A stretch of 64,000 bases of DNA from Adineta vaga (taxonomy: Eukaryota > Animalia > Rotifera). Below the pieces are notes generated by a model. That model had not been told where the DNA came from and searched no databases. It saw only the letters and a list, made by a program, of their open reading frames with translations. The translations under genes were made by a program, and so were the position numbers. This document shows, piece after piece, positions 54,888 through 64,000 of this stretch (position 1 is the stretch's first letter; each line of letters opens with the position of its first letter). Where the stretch lies: positions 8,804,001 through 8,868,000 of the forward strand of contig CP075492.1 in the NCBI GenBank assembly GCA_021613535.1, given 5' to 3'.

Positions 54888-55746
54888 ATGAAGATCTTTC
54901 TCAACATTTTCTTTGTTTATGTATTCATTGTGTCTATACATGGAGATTTTAATGTCACACAACAAGTCCCAAGTGCAACTCTTACAGTGACTAATGCGAC
55001 AGTAACATTTCTAATCGAAAGTAATTATCCAAAGACAACTTTGTATTCATCTTTAATTCTTTTTTTATTTTTAGTTAATCAATTTGTCAATCGACCATCA
55101 TTTTCAGCACGTATTTGTGTTTTCAATGTATCGTCAAATACATCCGTTTATCAGATGGATGTTTCTAACGCTAATGCTAGTATAAACTACGTAAACAAGA
55201 CACTTACATTCGTCTTACCACAATATTTTTATACTTCTCCCAGTGAATTTTATATTACATTTGATGCAGGTGTATTCTTTTCCAACAGTACTATCAATTC
55301 AACTGCTCGCAATGATACACTATTTTGGCATTTGAAAGTTATTGATTTGCAAACAAGTACCAGTATGTTATATCCATCTACATATCCATCCACTATAACG
55401 GCATATACTGCTGCGACGAGTTTATCAACAAATTCTACTGCCAATACTACTACAGTGACAGTAACAACAACAACAACAACAACAACAACAATCAATCAAA
55501 CTTCACAATCAACATTAACAACAACTATGATTATACAAGCTAATACAGGTCTGATTGTTTTTGTTTAAACAAAGACATAAAATGAAGAAACTTCCGTTTT
55601 TTTTAGATGAACCTTCACCAACCCGTTCAGCACAATTGGGTATGGGTTTAGGTATCACATTTATTTCCATAGCTATCATTGCTGAAATAATCTACTTTAA
55701 GTATTGTTACAGTGGTGGAGACCGCAGTGGTAGTTATTATACATGA
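54888..55746 (+). CDS. type I membrane glycoprotein: signal peptide, beta-rich (Ig-like?) domain, Thr-rich stalk, TM
   Basis: MKIFLNIFFVYVFIVSIHG signal peptide, many N-x-S/T sites, poly-Thr, TM GLGITFISIAIIAEIIYF in the last exon. Confidence 0.75.
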
Positions 55747-56544
55747 ATGATTATCTGACAATGCTTATCAATTTTAAAAACATTTATTTTACATGTGATT
55801 TTAGATGAAAAAAAACACAAATATTGTGTGATTATAATCTAGAAAAGTACACCGAGCTTTTTTGTATGTGTGTCTAGTCTATTCATATATAGAATGAAGA
55901 ATATATGAATTATTTAATCAATAGTCAGAGAAATGTGTTTATCGTTTATTTTAACAAAATAAACTATCTTAAAAAATCATTGAAAAAGTGTTAGGAAAGG
56001 AAATCATCTCTATTCTATTTGTTATATAATGACGTCATCATATATCTTCGTTCGTTCCACATGATCTCCATCTCACTCTTACGTCATGTTCTCTCTGTGT
56101 GTCATGTGTTCTCTAGTCTTCTGATCTTTTCGTAAACGTATATAAACCCGATGTTTCTAAATAATAAAACGCTTTTGTGTACAAGCACATATCGATATAG
56201 TATTCAATCAAGTAGTTGAACATCACTACCTCACAAAATATATTTACGTCATATTTTATAAAAAAAAGTTATCTTTTATTTATTTGTTTTCGTTAAATAA
56301 TATGTCGCAATTTTTCGCATTTGTATATCGAAGAATTAATGAGAAAAAGCATGACATTGATGTTATCGTTCGATAATGTTGATTACTAATTTTTGACAGA
56401 AAAAAAAACCCAAATATGTTTTCCTCCTACAATAAAACGCTTGATTTCTTTTTATTTCTCTATTATTTTGTATATATACATATACTTCTATACCTATTGA
56501 TAATTTGAATATAGAATATTCAACGACGAAGTAAACAACATCAA

Positions 56545-56778
56545 ATGGAGTTATTACTTGCTGCAGGTGCTGTTGGTTTAGCTGGTTATGCATTGGGTAA
56601 ACGACGAGAACGTCATGAAGTAGCCAATGGTTTTGTAACATACCATGGTAATGGAACTGGTACGCCAGAATATGGTAATGTTCACTATGGTAGCAGTGCT
56701 CGTCGATATCACAATAGTCATCATCACCACCATGCCACATATCAACCAACTACTATGGGTGGTGCTACGCAATATTAA
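56545..56778 (+). CDS. small Gly/Tyr/His-rich protein (77 aa)
   Basis: Clean ORF, more GC-rich than its flanks, with an upstream splice acceptor and AATAAA at about 56837. Confidence 0.6.
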   Translation: MELLLAAGAVGLAGYALGKRRERHEVANGFVTYHGNGTGTPEYGNVHYGSSARRYHNSHHHHHATYQPTTMGGATQY

Positions 56779-57176
56779 AAACAAAACCATAAATTATGAC
56801 TCTTTGATGTGAATCTTTGTCATTTTTGAAATGCAGAATAAATTTCGATTCCTATAGGATGAGAAATCAAATTGAAAAGACTAGAATATTAATTACCTTT
56901 TTATATATGGTCATTGCAATGCATGTTCACCCTTTATAGGATAAGTATTTTATCTACGTGATATTATATAGCGAATGATAAAGCTATCGTTCTATTAACT
57001 CATCGATTAGAAACAAAATCAATCATTTCTATATTAATATTCAATTAACGGCTTCGATCCGATTGTTGACTTCTCGACTTTTTTCTCGAACATTCTGAGC
57101 ATTATGCAAATATTTGATTCATAGTAACGAGTAACATTCAAAATAGAATTTAAATACCCTAGAACTTGATAATTTA

Positions 57177-58360
57177 TTACAGATCACCAATCAAAAATAT
57201 TATTATCATCATCATAACTAGAAATATCATTTTAATTTGACACGTTTTTTCCAAATTCTTTTGACCTGATGTTAATAAATTGACGTTTTGACATTCGACG
57301 TCGATTTTCATAAGTTTTGTCATACTACTAATATTCAAACATTGTCCATAATAATATTGTCTTGGTTCTGAATAACTAATCTTGCCATTCTCAAGGTATA
57401 ATCCATTGACATCTGCTCGGCTTATTTGCAGTTCTTGTGACGAATAATAATCAAGTACTGGATGTTCAGTCACAATATTACATCTAGCAATTATAAGTGC
57501 TTGTTCACCACGAGCGAATATATCTTTAAATGTTATATTTTTCAATAATTCTGTTCATGTTCGTTCAGCATTTGTTGAAAGACCAGTAATGTAAATTGGT
57601 TCGGCTGTATACTCCACCAATCTAAACCAAAAAAGAATCTGTTTCAATAAACATTTGTTCAAATAAAAGATTTGATATTATTACTGATCTATTCTATAGA
57701 TCCATATTGTCGACAGTAATATTAAACATCAATGGTGCACTATGTGACATAATTGCAATACAATCATCACCAGTTGACATATTAGAATTATGAATAGTAA
57801 CATGACGAGAATTGATTAGATCAATACTATCATTATTTAGCCAACGACGATCTCCAATTATAGTTATATTGTCAAAAAGAATATTCTCACTTTTAACAAT
57901 CGTAACTATCCATAGGGGAGATGTCATTACAGTAATATTAACGATTTCTATTGATGAACTGTATCGTACGACAAGTAGTTTTGAGCGACAACTATAAAAG
58001 GAACAATTTGGTAATGTTCATTCCGTTGGTATAAGCATATTTGATGATGAATGATATTCGCGAACGAGATGTCCAGGTGAATTATTGGCACCAACATCAA
58101 TTCGACCTTCACCATGAATATGAACATTATTTGTATGATCAACAAGTAAAAATAGATAATCACAAGGTCCAGTATCACTAGTCATACTCGGAACACATGA
58201 ACAATGACTAGCATTATACGCTAGATAGAAAGTGATATTTGACCATCACCAATAGTATCATCATCCAAAATAGTGAATACAACAGTGTGTTGTGTTAAAA
58301 GGAATTTAGAAAATGAAACAATATTTGATACGAAAAGAAAAAGGAATATATCACGCTTTT
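57177..58360 (-). pseudogene. degraded glycoside hydrolase family 28 (polygalacturonase-like)
   Basis: SPLWIVTIVKSENILFDNITI..NNDSIDL..STGDDCIAI, plus DWW and AEPIYIT in different frames. In-frame stops and frameshifts. Confidence 0.8.
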
Positions 58361-58850
58361 TAAAAGGATGGCAGCATGTTGATGACAGGTGATCTCTATG
58401 GTAACAACTATTTATCAGTAGTTGATAATACATATCTAAGAAAGGTACCATTGTCATATTTGACATTTAATTATATAATTCGAAAAAGAATGTTTTCATT
58501 ATTTCTTCGGCACTTTTGTATACAATGTATCGATTACATGAAATGTATGATTTTCATTAGTTAAAGAATAACAATATGACAAAGATGTAATGTCGAACGA
58601 ACTAAATAGTTACCACTAATATGAGTCCTGTTTTTCCTTATCTAGAACATTACAAAAGAGTAAACGATCAGCTCGTATAATTATTCAATCATACGGATCC
58701 TATTTTTACTATGTATGTATCGATTGATAATCTTCTGTTGTAAGAATAAATAGTGTTGAATTCTCATCAATTTTGTGTGCTTATTTACTAACTACAATCT
58801 ATGATAACTAAAGAAATAATTCTAATGATAAAAAGGATAATTTAATATGT

Positions 58851-59579
58851 TCATTCATCTTCTTTTCCACGTTTTATTTGTTTTGTAAATGCAGCATAAT
58901 CGAGTAAACCTTTGGGATCAATTGGTGCTCCTTCAAGCATTTGATTGAACTAATTGAAGACGAAATGAATAAGATAATAGAATTCAATAGTTCTGAATTT
59001 ACCTCAACATCAGAAAGTCGTTCATTTGGTTTTCCTGTTGTAGTTAACAATTCTTGAAGACTGAAAAGAACAGCAATCATTGAAAAAAACAATTTTCTCA
59101 ATTAATTTACTTGTCACGATTGAGAAAACCTTTACCATCTTCATCAAATGTTTTAAAAGCATTCATTAGAATATCTTCTGCATCTGTACCTAAAAGTAGC
59201 AAACACTAACTTCGTTAAAAAATCAGTTACATTCCAAATTTTTCAAACCATTTAATCGATCACCAAATATTTGTAATAATTTTGTAAAATTAACTGGTCC
59301 ACCAGTTTCTTCAAGCATTTCCTTCAGTTCAGATTCTTTTGGTGCTTTACCTAAGGATGAATAAACTTCTTTTAAATCATCTAATGATATCGATCCATCT
59401 CGATCTTGATCCATTAAACCAAATGCTTCTTTATATTCTTGTACCTGCTTTTGATCGAACATGGTGAATACATTGCTTGTTGCTCGTTGAGCAGATTTCT
59501 TTGCTTTTTTCTATCAAAAAAAAAGAACTCGAACCAAAAATTAGAAAATGATAGAAAACTAAGGACTTACATCTGCCAT
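58851..59579 (-). CDS. myosin regulatory light chain
   Basis: AQRATSNVFTMFDQKQVQEYKEAFGLMDQDRDG, GPVNFT, GTDAEDILMNAF, LDYAAFTKQIKRG. Confidence 0.95.
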
Positions 59580-60444
59580 TAGATGCAATTATTGTACTAT
59601 ATGTCGATGATCAGTGATATTTCTCGACTAGATGGTGACTATTCGATATACAAGTTAGAATAATAAGAAAGAGAGAAAACACCATGGCTATTTCCTATTA
59701 CGGAAAAGATCATTCTTTCATACATAGGCGCGTTTGTTGATTATCTGTATGCTATTGCTATAAACAGAAGAGAAGAGCAAAAAAGGTATCTAACAGTTTG
59801 TACGATTACATGTATCCTGTGGAGAAACTAGTCAATATAGAACTTACTAAAGAGAAGATTTTGAATATAATCATCATTATTATTTCATGTACGATAATAT
59901 GATATGAGCGAAGATATAAACACGATATAATTATCATTCATCCATGACAATCGATAATGATTGTTAAGATAGATAATCCTTTCTCATTTGACGATGGTTA
60001 GATATATATGACAGCTCATATACTAAATAATCGATCGTTCAAATATATTTGATTACTCTTTATTTATGGCAAGCAATTCTTCGTTACTCTGAAAACAATC
60101 TCGTCGATTTTCCATAGCAGATTCGAAATTTTATTTGAACAAACGTATGATCATCAATAAAGTCAACTTTAAGAAACACTTCATTATCTATGCAATTAAC
60201 CAACAATCTTTTCAAAATTAAAAGATGACAATCAGCATTGTATATTTTAACATAGAGAAAAAACGGAGACATTATTCGTTACTTCCCTCCTTCAAATGCG
60301 AGTCCATTCTCGATTTGATCAATAACTTACTTTAAGAAGAAATCGTTTTTCTTATTCCATCCAAAATAACTGTTCTTATATATTTTTTATTTTTGTTTGT
60401 TCAGAAACAATAACAATATAAGAAAAACAAATAACAAAATACTG

Positions 60445-62483
<2,039 letters not shown>

Positions 62484-62780
62484 TTCGTATTTGAAAAATT
62501 GAAATAGTTTCTCAAGTAAAATTGTCTTCTATTGGAACAACCAACACCATCTATCGTCAAGTTTCATAATAAAGCAAAAATATTTTTTTCTTTATACATT
62601 CTTTTTTTCTAAATTTAAAATATTTTACTCTAAATATGATTCGTTTTCGAAATATCGAAATTCCTCAATGGAGAGTCTTTTTTCCTATCTGTCAATATGG
62701 CATCGACAAAGACCTTAAAACTATCATCGTCTTCATTGCCATTTATTGTTTTGGACGGTGTCTAAGTTAAATCCGTTAGC

Positions 62781-64000
62781 ATGTTTTATACACATGCGAT
62801 ATTGACCAAACGTGGTCCCTTAGCTCGTCTTTGGCTTGCTGCACATTGGGATAAAAAATTAACGAAAGCACAAATTTTTGAAACGGATATTCGACTTAGT
62901 TGCGAATCGATTCTTGAACCATGTCTAAAACTAGCATTACGTACCAAAGGACATTTATTACTTGGAGTTGTACGAATCTATTCACGAAAAACGAAATATT
63001 TATTAGCTGATTGTAATGAAGCGTTTATTAAAATTAAAATGGCTTTTCGGCCAGGAATGGTAGGAATTGAAGGAGCAAATACACATCATGTCAATCCAGA
63101 TTCTGATACACGAGAAGTGTCAATTGCTGCAATAACTTTACCAGAAAATTTTCACGATTTTGATTTAATTGATCTTAATATTGAGTAAGTTTCATCTGCC
63201 TTATCTTCAACTAGTTTATCTAAGAGGATAAAGATTATCTTGAGACATTTTGATACAAACTATTTCTAAGATTGAAATATACGTAGAAGTTATATCGTAT
63301 GTTTTCTAAGAAGAAACATTTTTCAATAAAGAAAACTCATCTGTTGATTCTATTTAGTTATATTGATGATCCATCTCGTTTTCAAATGCATCAAGCACGC
63401 GCAGAAGAAATCACATTGAAAGAAGATTTTATTAGTGTACCTATGCCAATGGATGATGATTTTGGTAAGTTTGTAAAATAAGAAAAATGAACAACGATTA
63501 TTTATTATCATTTATCATTTAGGTGATGCCAATGGACTTGATGAACCTGAGTTCTTTCGTAAACTTCAACCATCACTTCATTTTAATGCACAAAATTCAA
63601 ATATGGATTTAGATAGTATGTAGAGATTACTTTTGAAATAGGATAATTCTTAATTAATTCTTCTTTTATTAGATACTAATATACGCAAAGAACAAAGTAT
63701 TGCACGACCATTTGGTGATGATCCATTTGCATTGGATGGTTTCGGAGATTGTATGTATTTAGAATAGATGATTTAATTTTTGAAGATACTATTGATCTTT
63801 CTCATTAATAAGAATCATTTGTTTGATTCCATAGAAAAAAACCTTATTGAGTATATCCGTTTGAGAACGGTGCAAATTGATTTACAGATGAAAAGAAGGA
63901 ACGGAATATACGAAACGAAGAAATTCCTTCTTCATATATTCTTGATGATGTATCTATAAATTTTTTCTTCGAATTTCCAGTTGCTGCACCTGCTTCAGTA
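62781..64000 (+). CDS. RAD21: cohesin kleisin RAD21 (runs off the window end)
   Basis: [71 protein letters not shown]. Confidence 0.93.

Noticed and set aside
62781-64000. Possible meiotic REC8
   Set aside because: The N-terminal sequence ([19 protein letters not shown]) is RAD21-type.

Overview
AT-rich (about 30% GC), gene-dense eukaryotic DNA with many ~50-65 nt GT-AG introns. Intron size, gene density and a decayed foreign-type GH28 gene suggest a bdelloid rotifer or similar small invertebrate (inference only). Recognisable genes, in order: Dicer, U4 snRNA, FAM136A, RPP38-like, TMEM165, BBS12, MOGS, ACTR1, ERGIC3, KANSL3-like, NOSIP, SEC61B, MON1, a PARP14-like RRM/KH protein, an SLC35G/EamA transporter, PINK1, a PLAC8-family gene, two TMEM272-like genes, STARD10, MOB3, an eh1 plus 6xC2H2 zinc-finger gene, a Rab5-family GTPase, a divergent alpha-tubulin, a GH28 pseudogene, myosin regulatory light chain, KLHDC4 and the start of RAD21. 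Most notable: (1) a GC-rich Cys/Pro tandem-repeat gene (CCPPPKI) nested antisense in a 1.27-kb intron of a tail-less alpha-tubulin, where each gene carries one 2-nt frameshift; (2) two operon-like arrays of co-oriented genes diverging from one 192-bp gap, with very short spacers and splice acceptors just upstream of start codons, suggesting polycistronic transcription with SL trans-splicing; (3) a decaying GH28 gene of probable horizontal origin. Gene identities come from recognised motifs, not database searches. Multi-exon coordinates span start codon to stop codon and were derived by hand.
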